NCBI GenBank assembly: GCA_046563655.1
Contig: CM102287.1
Coordinates: forward strand, 3,968,001 to 4,032,000
Source: Yuukianura sp. NJ FZ-2021
Taxonomy: Eukaryota
Direction of reading: 5' to 3'
Length of the DNA stretch: 64,000 nucleotides
This document shows, piece by piece, positions 12,644-25,700 of the stretch (its first letter is position 1; every line of letters starts with the position of its first letter). The notes beneath the pieces are model-generated. The model was not told the DNA's origin. It saw only the letters and a program-made list of their open reading frames with translations, and ran no database searches. Position numbers and translations under genes: made by a program.

Positions 12644-13896
12644 TTAGTACCGGTAGCGCACTCGTCGGAACGGAATCGGTTTTTCGACTTTGGGTCGTGA
12701 AACTTCTTGGTTTTTGGTGTTTCGACGGCAAAAGGGCTACAAATTAAGAAATTAAACTTACTAAAATTAATTTTAATTAAATTGTAGATTTTTATAAGTG
12801 AATTAATTAACTACGTTACTAACCATGAGTGCGGTTGCTTTAAGAACGCTTTCTGTGTTGGAGACGAGGGCTTTGGGATGCTGCGAATGATGTCCAGACT
12901 CAACGCACTTTTCGCAAATATGGAAATCCGGACAGTTCAAGCATCGGTAGCGAAAACCTCCGCTGATTGGTAGAAAGAACGAGCAGACGTCGCAGAGGAA
13001 TCCACCGGCAGTGTGACCTGGACGTGCATTCGCTTCTTCACTGGTCCCACTTGCACCAGGGGCATTGACCTCAGCGTTGACCTCAGCGTTGACCTCAGCA
13101 TTAACATCAGCATTGACCCCTGGATTGACCTCAGCGTTGGCGTTGACCCCTGAGAACGGATCAGGACTCCTGTTGCCCATAGGGAAGAGCTCAGCACTGG
13201 AGTTGACCCGTGGGAAGAGCTCAGCATTGACCCGTGGGAAGAGCTCAGCATTGGCGTTGGCCGCTGGTGTGACATAACTGTTGACCATTGGATGGACACC
13301 AGAACTGACGTTAGCGTTGACCTCAGAAGTGACAGAAGCGCTGACCTCAGTATTGACATTAGCGTTGACCCCAGAGCTGACATTAGAGTTGACCTCACTA
13401 TTGACATTTGCGTTGACGTCCGTATTGGCATTAGCGTTGACCTCATTCTGACCCATCTCTTCATGGTCAACGACCTCCACTGGAACAGAGGCTTCCGTTT
13501 CACGAAGTAAGTCTGTATCTTCAAAGATGTTCTCCAGTTGCCGATTTCTGATTGGTCTGTTCTTTTGCACATGACGTTGACATCGGGCGTTGGGACAGAA
13601 CCGACCGCGGTTTTCTCTGGAGCACTGGATGCAGAAGAGGTGGCCATCGGCACACTGCAGAATCTGACCACCTCGGTACGCTTCTTTGCAAATTGGACAC
13701 AGGAGACGACCCGTCTCGTGGTCAACGATCAGCTCTTCTTCTCCGTCCCAGGACACTGAAAAGGTCAAAGGTCATTACATTCCCAAAAATTGGTAAAGTA
13801 GAGGCAGGTCAATGACCTCTACATTCTGAAGTCAACGTTTTTTGGCTTACCATGGTAGTCTCGCGGAAGCGGCTCGCCTCGGTCGTTGTGGGCCAT
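12644..13896 (-). CDS. Sina/SIAH-type RING + low-complexity linker + ZZ zinc-finger protein (putative E3 ligase)
   Basis: Exon 1 13896-13851 (MAHNDRGEPLPRDYH, donor GTAAGC); exon 2 from 13755 (acceptor TTTTCAG, phase matches ORF 12803..13768). RING: CPIC-x9-QCADGHLFCIQC-x8-CPNARC...IRNRQLE. ZZ: CDVC...RYRCLNCPDFHICEKC...HHSQH. The 3' end is either the unspliced stop at 12803 or a third exon 12736-12644 after donor GTTAGT at 12823. Confidence 0.85.
13066..13445 (-). repeat. Coding 12-nt tandem repeat (EVNA/NVNS-type tetrapeptides) forming the RING-ZZ linker
   Basis: Repeated GTTGACCTCAGC units on +; translation AEVNAEVNAEVN, NANVNSEVN, NAELFPRV x2-3. Confidence 0.85.
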
Positions 13897-15387
13897 CTTG
13901 TGATTTCCGAAAATTTGAACCTTGACCTCGGAAAATTTGACCTTCAAATTCCTGTTGTTCTGAAGCAGAAGAATCAATTTGTCACCAACTTCGTGAAAGT
14001 TCAGACTATCTAAGCAGTGCAGCAACAGATTTTGGCACTGCGCGCTTGCTCGCTCGTTGTGTCGTCTTTCGATTGGTTTAAACAGATTTCTAGCTAACGA
14101 TGTCATGGAAACGAATTCCGATTTTTTTTTTATTTTGATTTTTTTTTACTGTTTTAGTCTTTTGAGCGGTCTTGAACGATTCCTCTTCTGATGAATTCAT
14201 GTTGTGGTGTCCATCATCTTTTCCTTTTTTGAACTTTTGGTGTCTGCGTCTTGTTCACTTTGTAAATTTGTTAAGGAAATCAAAAGAAAGTATTAAAAAG
14301 TGAGTCCATTGACCATGTTCTTTGGAATTGAAATCTTGTAACCGTGAGCCTGTCATTGTCATGATTGAGAAGAAAGGATTTATATCCGCTGGTCTTCTCC
14401 TGTCGTCGTCATCTCTCGACGCAACTCTTGACGTAGGGCTAAGCACCTAGAGACAATTTGGTCAACGTCAAAAACCTCAACTAAAACTGAACAAAAAAAA
14501 AAAGAGGGAAAGTTTGAACAAAGAAGTTGCTCAATTCCACTTACAACTTTTTGGGACAAAATCCGTTCGAAAATACCTGAAAAATAGGTCTCTAAATCCC
14601 TCAGACATACAGTGTAACTGTGTCATTATATCGTTAACAAGGTATAAGTTTTTTTTTTATGTTAACCTGTTGATTCTTTTGCTGTTGACAAATTTGTCAC
14701 CTTTTTTCCTCTAAAATGTAGAAATCAAAGGAATGTGAAGAGTGTACTTTTCTTTTCGTTATTTTTTCAATGATCAGCTTCGCGTTGATTTTTTTTCATG
14801 GGGTCTCATCAGTGTTGATCTTTTTGGAGTTGATGATTTTGTAGTTTTTGGTGCAGAAGTGGAAGTAAGTTGGTCTTGAGTGACTGGTGAGTGAGAGGGC
14901 AGGAAGACATGTGAGGAATTCAGTGGAGATGAAGAAGAAAGGAAGGAGATGAAGAGAGATTTGACAGATTTGGACACGAAGAAGCATGGAGTGAGTGCGG
15001 AATTAGCTGGGAGCTCAATCCATTCTTCCATAAAGTCCATTACTGTGTATTTCTATTTCTGATTGAACCACTTCCCTCCAGTTGCATCTCAATCTACTAA
15101 TTAGTCTCTGTCTTAACACCGATTCACACCTGAGCCCCCGAAACACCATACATCCACCGTGGGAACTACGCATTTCTCTCACTTTACACAAAAATATCAG
15201 CAATAATGGCACAACTTTCGCATAAAAAGAAGAAGCAAATCAAAAATTTTCGTAAAAATCGGAGTTTTCGCTGGGGAAAAATTCTTCCCCAGTTTTTCCA
15301 AAAAAAAACGAGTTTTTTTTTCTGACTCAATGCTAACGTCTTCATAATTTCGGCTGACAGGGAACGCTACTCGAAAAACCTGACTCA

Positions 15388-15805
15388 GCCAACTTCAGCT
15401 AACTTGCGACAAACTTTCTCTTCTCTAACAACAACTTCAGCTGAGTTGCGACAACGTCGTCAGTTGGCTGGCGACAATTTATGCTAACCGGCGACAACAT
15501 TTGCATTTCATGGTACAGATTCTTGCTTTCGACAACAAATTGCGACAACTTCAGCTGCATTCTGGCTAGCTGCGACAACCTAAGCTGAATTGCGACAACT
15601 TCAGCTGAATTGGGACGAAATCAGCTGAGTTGCGACAACTTTGGCTAACCAGTGACAAAGTTTGCATTCTATGCGGACAGATACTGCTTTTGGGCAAAAA
15701 ATTCACCAGAAATACCCCAGATTCCACCAAATTGCGACAAGTTCAGCTGAATTGTGATAAATTCCACCGAATTGCGACAAGTTCAGCTGAGTTGCGACAA
15801 GTCCA
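15388..15805. repeat. Degenerate ~20-bp minisatellite (TTGCGACAACTTCAGCTGAA) with an internal higher-order duplication
   Basis: About ten GCGACAA copies, many followed by TTCAGCTG; the block gctaacc-gcgacaa-tttgcatt-acagat-tgcttt recurs at ~15483 and ~15644. Confidence 0.8.
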
Positions 15806-18800
15806 GCCACCCAGTAGCCACAGACAGACTCCGCCCCTGGAGTCAAGCTGTTTTTAGTTGGCATTGGAAGCAATTTGTGTTGTTTTGGGTGTACTGCCGT
15901 AGTAGTTGGGCCGTGACTGTGCGATGCCAGTAATTTTGCGTCGTTAGTTCCAAGTCCTTGTGTTGTGTAGTTTTTGGCTGTTAGATCTGGAAGTGTAGAG
16001 CAGCAGAAGATGAAGCAGCGGCAGAGAGACGTGATTGAGGGGAGAGACGAAGCGAAGAGGGAAAAAACCTTTAGATCATGTCATTTTTTGACAGATTTAT
16101 GACTGAAGCTTCGTTTCAAAGTTTTGGAAGAGGCCAGACTTACAGTTGAAGTTGGAGATACAGGACGCAGGACTCTTTTACACAAAAACTATTCTCACCA
16201 GATGCTGCTCCTTTTTTGAGCTTCTATCAAAGGAGAACCTCCGATCCAAAAATTTTCACCCTCTTTAATTTATTACTTGGACCTACATAATGACTTCTTG
16301 GCCACAAATCACGGACTAGCGACCACCGAGCAGAGACCCTTCCATTCAAAGTCCAAGGGCCCCCCTTCCATGGACAGCTCTGCTCAAGGGTCCCCTTCAC
16401 TTGGACTGACGAGTATCGACAAACGACGACTTTCAGGGCTCAGAGACAGCAGAAACCTAAAACAGAAATGGATACGCCTAGGTTCCTTTTTCAAACCAAT
16501 CAAACAATGGAAGTGACTAATGTTTCAAAATTTGGAACAAAAGTGAGCAATTTTTGAAAAAAGGGGGAAATTTGTAGGCAAAAAAGGTGTGGTACACATT
16601 TTTCGAAATTTTGAAACTGGAACAAATCGCTTAAGTGTCATCTAGAAAAATTAGATCAAAAGGGTATGACAATTTCACAGCAAGAAATAGTTCCGAAACC
16701 TCCTTCTGGGTTGAAATTGTAAAGTTTTTCTTTTTTCTTTTTTTCAAAATTTGAGACTTTTTGAAGTTTTCATAATTTTTTTTTTCAAAATGATGCATTC
16801 ATTGCGTTGCAAGCTTGCCTTCTTGTAGAAAAAGAACAACAAGAAATTAATTTTCAGTTTCAAAAAATTTTGACGAAATTCAATTTGCAAATCACGACCT
16901 TCAAAGTATAAGTTCCAAAGTAAACGTCAAAAAGTCAACAATGACAACACGATTTTCGTGACGATTTTGAAGAGTTTTTGAAATTCAAATTTCGTTTTTT
17001 GTTCAAATTCAAAAACAAAACAAGCAAAGTTTTGTCCATTGTTTTCTCCCCCTCCCTCCCCTTTCACCCTTCCAGGAAATTGCGGAAATAACTTCTTGTA
17101 TCCATCACCTCATCTTTTCCTTACGGTTTTCAAATGTTCAAAATTTTCAAAATTTCCAAATTTTGAAAAGTGTTTGAGTGAAAATGCGTTTTAAACAGTA
17201 TAAGTAAGAACATCGCTTTTCTCTTTCAATCTCCCTAACCTTTCTCTCATTTGATTTCTCCTGAGAATCAAAATCACCTTCCTTCAAAGTCCCAATTCAA
17301 AATCAATCTCAATCTCACGACTTCCCAAAAATCTCAAAATCTTTTTCATCTCATCTCAAAAAATCTTCTCTTCTGTTTTTTTCATCAAAAAATCTTTGTG
17401 TTCACTCAATGAGGAATCAATAGAAAAAGTGACTCTGAAGCCAAACCCATTGTCTCTTCCACTTCAAAAAAAGCGGCAACACATTTTTATGATCAAAGTT
17501 TCTTCCATTTTTGTAGGACTTTTGTAGTGTTATTTGACTGGAGTATCCGAAAATGCAGAGGAAAAGTCATCTCCCTAAGACTGTAACCTTAACATTTTGT
17601 GATCTGATGAAGTCATGTTCTGTAGCACAACAAAACAGACTGTTCTAATGACCAAATGTCAGTGACAATGGACACACAGTTCAACAACTGCTGGAGGGAG
17701 TAACTATTTCCACTTTCACCAGAAGATAACTAACTTCTGCTTCATAAGGAAATTGACCTTTTACTTTCTACGACTTCAGATCACTTTTCGATTATACAGA
17801 ACTCAATTTTGATCAAATTTCATAAAAGATGCGCCAAAACCGGAATTAGAAGAGCATCCGGTGACCGGTTTTGAAAATATGAAAACCAAAAGAAGCATAA
17901 AAGATGATGAGGTCAAATCCGAAATTTCAGTTTTCCAAATATTTTGATAACTTTTGAGAGTTAGGCTTTCGGAATTTTATAAAGTTCGATTCATGCTTTC
18001 TCCTGTACTTTCTCTTTTCGCAAAATTTTGAAATTCTATAAACACAAGAAATTTTCAAATTTTCGGATTTTTTTAAAACCCGCCTTCTGCAAAATGTGTC
18101 TAAAGCAACAAATCACCTAACTCTTACTGTCTAAAAATTTTTTTTATTAAAAACTGAACTTTCACGTGGCTTCAAACTCTTTTCACGTTTGTTTGAAAAC
18201 AACGCTCACTAATAAGCCTTTGTCACGTGACCTTAACCTTACATTGACCTTGACCTTGACACTTCAGCATTTCAGAAATGCTGCATAAGCAGGAGATCAG
18301 TTGACCTTTGGCGGGTCAAGTTTTTGAAAGTTCGAATTTCCCGGACTGCGGTGTTTATGAATTAAATTTTGAAAGTTAGGCTCCGCCCCTTTTTTGGCGC
18401 TTTCTCCTCCACTTTCTTCTGCCTTTTCTTAGTCTCCGTGTTAAGAATGTTAGGCTGTTGGTGGTTTGGCCATTAAAAGTGGCCGGGAGAGCAGAAAGCG
18501 AAGAAGCGGTTTAATTATGGGATGATCTGAGGGTCCTCTGTTCCTCCAAGATTATTCAGCCCATGGTTATGCCCCCTCCCCTCCAAAGGGCTATAGCCCC
18601 CCTCTCTCTCTCCGGTGTGTATCGCGCACACATGAAGTTAGACACTAATTTGAAAAGTTGTGTATGATTTAGCATGGGGCTCCTTTGGCTGATTCGGTTG
18701 AGGCCTTATCTGAATTCATAAAACTGATTTATCGATGACAGGGTTCCTCGTCTCCCATTCACACTCCGCCGTTCCCTCACCGTCTTTCCATTTCACCCAG

Positions 18801-20882
18801 CCTAGGATTTATGAGGACTCCCTAGACAGGGGGGAGGGGGGCTTTTTATGGTCCCCCGCCCCCACTCCCCACCCATACCTTTGATTCATGGACCCAATCA
18901 GCACAAAACCAAAGCAAACCAGTGCCAAAATGAAGCAGGAAGGCTCCCTGACCTCTGCTGTGACCTCAGGTCACACGGTTGTGCACAAATCCAGGCAAGA
19001 TGTTATTAGTCGTAAAGAACAATCATCTTCGTCATGAGTTCACACTAACAAGTCACCTAACTTCAAATCAAAGGGGATCAAAAAAGGCGGAACTTTTCTC
19101 TCCCCGGAGAAAGTTGCTCACGTCCTTGACGTTTCTCAAAAAAATCCAACAACAAGAATTTGGAAAACGTTATCAGCAGGTTTCATCAGAAAAGGGTATG
19201 AAAAAACTCAAAAATTTTTCAAAATTTTGATTTTCTAAAGCAAAATTTTGCTCTCACCTTGGCTAGGTGAAAGTCCTTGTTGTGAAAATCCGCGTTTTGT
19301 GTGTCAATAATTATTCTTTCAAAAAAAAGTATCAAATTACAAATTTTGATGTCATTTCAAAAATTCCTGTGATTTCAACAATCAAAAAAGCACCAAAATT
19401 CAGTTCCCGTCATTCGTTGGAGTTGTTTGGAATGCAATTTTTCAATATTTTTCAAAATTTTGAACCATTCTTTTAAACCGCTTGAGTTCTGCTCTCTACA
19501 TGGCGTATTTTTTGAATTTTCGCGTTTTTTAGAAGAAAAAAAGCACGCGTTTTTGGAATACGGAAGGAGCGACACGTTGTTAGAAAAAAGAAAGTTTTTG
19601 TCGTCATCTTGTTGGACCTGGGTCATAACTGCCATCGTTTCTTCTCATTCTGGCTTCAAAGTTCCAAGTGTTGGATGATAGGCATTCATAACTTGTGATT
19701 TCCTGCTGCCATTTCCCATCATCCCACCGCCCACCCCCTCATGGGGGGTCAGGGGGCGGGAGAATTCAGCGATTTGAAATCTGCGCGCTTTCTCCAGCTC
19801 GTCACCGTCAGCGTCAGTCAATCCAACACTTACTTGTAAGGTTTAGCGTCAAGACGCTACTGTTGCTGCCTTCTTTTTTGAAGTTTGGAACGTGTAATGC
19901 AATTTGTCATAATTTGAGTAGAGAATGGCGGAGCTAATCGCTTCAGCTCCTTCCAGCCCCACAGTTTGTCTTTCACTTCTTTTTTTTCTGACTTGACTGA
20001 GACGCGATCCGACGACCGTTCCGCTCGTCAGTAACTCCTGAGTGGCATCGTGTCTCAGGAAGGCAGAAGAGAGATGCCAGTGTCACAGCCTCCTTCGTGA
20101 CATTGACAGGTTGTTTTGGTGACATTTGGGCGACAACTGGGCTGAAATGTCGTCAAGCCCCTGCCAACTGTCATTCACTTTTCAGACTTGCATAGTTTCA
20201 ACTTTTGGAAATTTGTGCATCCTACGTCATCCAAAATTACCCTTCAACCGCTGTGAAGCAAAAACTCTACATCAATATCTTCAACACAAAAAATCTCAGC
20301 ACAAAAACCTATGCAGTAAAAAATCTAAGCAAACGAAGAAAGTGTCATACTAGAAGTTAAGTAAAGTTAAAAAAATAAGTCTAAGCAAAAACGATTTAAT
20401 CAAAGCAGCACTAATACTGGCAAAAAAATTTTCAACTAAAAAATGTTAACTTAATCAAAACTCAAAGCAGTAGAAAATTTTTACACCGTCAATTCAACTT
20501 TTCTGACGAATTCTACATTTAAATTTTTCCCGCCAAAATCTATCCTCAAAATCCCCCCCCCCCCCATCACCCAATTTCGTGCTGACGTACTATGTACACC
20601 ACCCTTCAAGAAAATCCCAGTGACACTCGAATGTCAAAGTTTAAAACTAAAGACTTTATTCATTTCCGACAAAAGTGCATCAAGGCTCGACGAAAATAAC
20701 GAAAGTTCGACCAAAGTCGACTAAAAGTTCGACGAAATTTACAAAATTTCGACTAAAATGACGAAAGCTCAACGGAAGTTCAAAAGTTAGCCCACCGCAG
20801 TGGTACCTCGCCAATTTCTAGTCGAAGGCCGTGTACCGCTGTTGGCACTTTGCCGGAAGGCGCGACCTCCCGAATAATTGCC

Positions 20883-20895
20883 GTTGCTAGGCAAC
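20883..20895. promoter_or_regulatory. RFX X-box (GTTGCTAGGCAAC) in a CpG-rich patch
   Basis: 13-bp GTTGC-TAG-GCAAC inverted repeat matching the RFX consensus; CCGGAAG ETS site ~30 bp upstream. Confidence 0.5.
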
Positions 20896-22268
20896 TCCGT
20901 TTGGTTGAATCCAGCTTCAGCTCGTCTCCGTCCGTCGCTAGTCGCTGTGGACTGGTAGTGTGAGGCTAGGGTTAGCTAGTGGCGTGTGAGACTTACAAAG
21001 GTCTAATTAGCCATAAAGAACATAAAGAGATGATTTATGTCAAGATTCGAAAATGCAAATATGAAATATGAAAATGAAGATGCCACCATAAAAATGAGTT
21101 GTGATCCTCGGCTGGCCCATTTCCCTTTCTCTTCTCTCCCGAAACCCAGCGAGAACTGCTTTCTAGCCTCCATTCCACTTTTGTGCTTTGGAAATTTTGG
21201 AAGTTCCTTCCTTAGCTGACTCACTCTCGTCACGACGTCCATCATCGCCTTGACAGGTTATGGCTTTTCTTCAGCCAGGATCAGTCCAACCGTGAGGGGA
21301 AAACTCATGGAAAACTCCTGTCACCGGCAACAGAATTTACGACCTTAATTACCTCCTAGCTACTCCCGCCCCCTCCCGGAATGGGGTGGGGGTGGGGCCA
21401 CTTCTATGTGTTTCATGGCAACCCGGCCCCACCCAATCCCGGCCCCACCAACATTTTGGAACCACCAGAGACGGATGCCAACAAGGGAGAAACAGACACA
21501 GTTTATTTTGTTTAAGAGGGAACGCTTGCTCACACAGCCGACGCTTATTTCAAACTTCTTTGTTTACTACAAACGGGAAATTAAGGAGAAAGGAAGAGAG
21601 CCGCCACTTTTCGAAGAACCGTCGCTCTTTTTCTAAAAAACTGTTTTTTAAAAAAGGTTTAAACAAAATTGAACTTTTATGACAGTGAGTCAAAAAAAGC
21701 TGGACGCGCCAAAGACACAAATCATTCTGGGTTTGAAAGCATATCCGCCTTCTTTCCTAACCGGATTCTCTCTAAAACAGTTACAAAAATTTTCAAACCA
21801 ACAATTTTCAAAAAAATCAAAATTTGGAAAGTTGAATTTTGTGGACCTTGACCTACCATAAACTAAAAGACTGAAATGTGATTAAACCTTGCAGAAAAAA
21901 AAAGTTTTGTCCTTGTGAGCGAGAGAAAGTGAATTTTTTGCAAACTTTCTCTCTCCGCTCCGCCTGAACCTTTTAGATCCATTTGTCCAAAAAATTCCAA
22001 AATTGTCACTTGTCAGTTTTTGTCAAACCTTTTGTCTGAAAAGACTTTCGTCCGTTTTGTCCATCCATGTCAAGAAACTTGAAATCCCAAGTCCAGTTGA
22101 CATGGGACAGGCAGAGTGACACGCTCTGCTTTCACCAACAACCGCCCTACTCCCACACATGACTTTTATGTCCAACGACTCCGGCCTTGACATCACTCCG
22201 AGGTCACATCGACACAGACTCACCCTGACCCAAGGTTGCTAAAGCCTCCATTTATACAAATGCACTAA

Positions 22269-22476
22269 CAGGTTATGCCATAACTTCGTTTTTTTCTAAA
22301 ACACGAAAACACAACTCTTGTACTACCAATTTTGTTGATTTCCACAATAATGTTTTGAATTTTTTTTAATTTCCACTTTGCTGAATCATAGTTTCGATTT
22401 CGAGTTGGTACCGCAACGAAGCCGCGTCAGATGTGCGGTTCAAAAAATTTGAAAATAGGAGTTATGGTATAACCTG
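22269..22476. mobile_element. ~208-bp MITE with terminal inverted repeats (Tc1/mariner-like ends)
   Basis: Left ACAGGTTATGCCATAACT versus right AGTTATGGTATAACCTGT (17/18 inverted match); TA flanks the right end; non-coding AT-rich interior. Confidence 0.7.
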
Positions 22477-22572
22477 TAAAAAAAACAAAATTTCGATAGA
22501 AACAACCTTGCCCTGACCTCGCGAAAGGTCAGTCCAAAGGTCAAAGATTATGTTAGTCATCTGTTGGATGTG

Positions 22573-22734
22573 ATGTTAGTTGTGTTGTAGATGTTATGTT
22601 AGTTATGTAAGATCATGTTAGTTGTGTTGTAGATGTTATGTTAGTTATGTAAGATCATGTTAGTTGTGTTGTAGATGTTATGTTAGTTATGTAAGATCAT
22701 GTTAGTTGTGTTTAGATGTTATGTTAGGTTATGT
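22573..22734. repeat. 42-bp tandem repeat, 3 perfect copies plus 1 degenerate copy
   Basis: ATGTTAGTTGTGTTGTAGATGTTATGTTAGTTATGTAAGATC starts at 22573, 22615, 22657 and (degenerate) 22699. Confidence 0.95.
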
Positions 22735-25700
22735 GAAGCTAATCCGGAGAAAGTGGGATGATAAAATGTGGGGAATAGTCTTCCCCTTCCAACTTTTAAG
22801 AGGTTTAGGAGGAAAAGAAGGTAAAAAGGGAAAAGATTTTGATTAAGAAAAGGAAACAATAGGACCTGAGGGAGATTTTGAGCGTCACGGAGTGGAGGAA
22901 TAGAAGTCTCGAACCCTATACACTCCTTAACCTTAGCCTAACACGAGAGGAGGAACAAAATGTTAGGCAGTCTTTGATTCATTCCTTTAATTGTCTTAAA
23001 CTTTTCCCAACCTAGAGAGAGAGTCAGTCTCTGGTCTCTCTTAAATTTTCATGCTCTTCCTAAGAATTTATTCTGGTGAATTAGACATGTTTCACTTTTA
23101 TCCCTCTTTAATTTACTATTCATAGCATTTCCAATCTCCCACTCTCCAAAAATACAACTTCTTACCCGCTTTTCTCTTAACCGGTTTAACCCAACAAAAA
23201 CCCAACTTTTACGGTTACACTTTCTCCTTTTCCCAAACTCACAAAAAAGAGAAAGCTACAAGACAGGCAACTTTGGAAATCGCAAAAAAGTGGTTCGTTT
23301 CAAATAATTTCTTTTCCAGTGGTGTTCAAGTGAAACAATGAATTTTTTGGGGCAAGTTGAGAATTGTATTTTGCAAGAATTTTGTGGGGTAAACTGAAAT
23401 TTTTAGAATTATGCAAATTTTTTGGGGTCACACGAATTTTGTGGGGTTAGGAGAATTTTTTCCAGGATTTTCGGAGATCGAAAGAATTTTGTTTTGGCTG
23501 AGCGAGTTTTGGGGGTCGCGTTGAATTTTTTGGGGTAAGTTGAGATTTTCGGGGTTTAGCTGGGGTCAGTACGGGGTTTAAGGCATAGTCTGAACATTAA
23601 GACAGTGGACAGAGGAGAAGTTTGAGTCTTGCGATTGATGTGACTGGATTCGTGTAAGAAGAGAGTTAGAGTGAAAGTGTAGTATTGTTAGAGTAAAAGA
23701 AGCGTTGGAGAAAGCGGGGGTGAGGGGGAGGACATTAGGTGGGGCAGGGGGTTGGTAATGGTTAGTCAGAACTTGATTGTAGGTTTAGTTCTTGGGGGAC
23801 TTTGTGTGTGGTGGTGGAGAAAAGCGAGCCATTTGAATGCATGCGACTGTCAGTCAGAGGACATTAAGGTTCCTCACGTATCCCATCGAGGAGACTCATC
23901 ACATCAGTCCACATAAAAATGTCACCCGGAACGACTTGACATCTGGGTCTGGACCTCTCTGATTCAGTCCCTGTAATTATCCCTGATTTACTGCTATCTC
24001 ATATCCACACCATCGATCCACCCAGCCCCACCCCAAACCCACCACATCAAGCGACATCCGTCCACTACCAGGCTCAACTCTGCCAAAAAATTTGCAACTT
24101 CTTTCTCTCTCCACTTTTTTTCCAATCCAAATCTCTCTTAACCCCAAAACCTAAGCTAAACACAACACTTTTCTGTTTTCTCCAAAAGAAAACAACTTTT
24201 CACCAAAAAACACAACTTTCACCAAAAACATAATCTTAACCAAAATTTCATCAAACATAGTGAAACAGCGAAAGTTTTGAACTTGCTAGTCAATTTTGAA
24301 ATTATGAAATTTTATAAAGTATGTTCAAAATTTTTAAAAATACTTGAAATTCCAAATGTTTACAAGCGAAGTTTAATTGAATTTGTGACAGTTTAAAAAT
24401 TATGAGATTTTCTTGGATTCTGAGAGTTTCTGAGATTCTTGGATTTTGAGAGTTTATGACGGAAATGGAAATTTTGATTTGAGATTAGGATTAGGTTAGT
24501 TCAAATTGAATTTTTCGAAATTTTGGAAATCTTTTTCTCCTTTGTGATCTTGTTCAATGTCCATCCAAATTTCAAAATCGCATCAATCGTCTACAACTTT
24601 CTCTGCTTTTTTTCTTGTGAAGGAAGAAAGTTTGTTCAAAATCCTTGAGTTCATTGGAAGATGAGCTGTGAGCAGATATTCATAATTCACTCCAGTTAAG
24701 GTTTCCTCTCAATTTTAAAAACTGTCTGAAGAGAGTCTTAAGGCCAAAGTCCGAATTCGGACTTTTGTGTCCAAGGCGGGTCTTTTTGGCTTCCGGAAGA
24801 TCCTTGGAGCTGATGTGCCTCTTGCCTGTCGCCCTCCATTAGGGCGCCTGACTTTCTCAGAAGCCCAAACATAAATAAGACCTCTTCCGCGTCACTCTCA
24901 CGTTTCGTCTCCCTTACTTCATACTCGATAACCATCGCACTCTAAACCTTATTTATGCCCCACCAAAGGCCCCACCAGGGCCCCACCCAACTGACCAACA
25001 CCCAGAAACAACACAGCATGTTAAACATTTGTTAATCAACACGGTGCATTACTAATCTCATCTGCATTTTATTTTGAAAGTTAAACAACACTTTCACCGA
25101 ATTTTTATTTTTCGACAACGAAATACGAATTTCAAAATTGCAGTAAATTTTGAGATTTGGTAAATTTTTTAGCCCTTTTCAAATCAACTTTCTCTTTACT
25201 TTTGCATATCTCTCAAATCTGGTTCATGAAACCAAAATTTTCTTTCCCTTCACTTTGACTTTCTCCAAAGGAAAATTATGACCAAAACTTTTCTTTTCCA
25301 AAAAGACAATTTTTTGTTCAAAAACAAAATTCTTTTTGTTAACTTTTCTTTATATTTTTTCTCCCAAGTACTGGCACCATCTTTTCCTGGACGCTTCTTG
25401 TGAGGGTTAGTGTGGAATCGATAATTAAAGAAATGAAGAAATTCTAAGGGTGGGTCACGTCAGAGTCGTAATGTCAACTGGTGAAAATTTGTACGAAATT
25501 TCCCTGAGTCTCAAAAGTCCAAACGGTACTTTGAGTCAACTTTTGTTTATACTGAGGACGTGACAAGTGGAATTCCTTCTCCCTTCTGCACCTTCTAAAC
25601 CTTGCCTTAGCCTAACCAACCTCCATCTTCAACTTTCTTCACCTTTCACCCTCTCCTGCTCCAAGGTTCACTTTAATTAATCACTTCAAACTATTCCAAC

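Noticed and set aside
12937..13725. 262-aa overlapping ORF and antisense ORFs within the RING-ZZ gene
   Set aside because: Alternative frames are kept open by the 12-nt repeat; no motifs.
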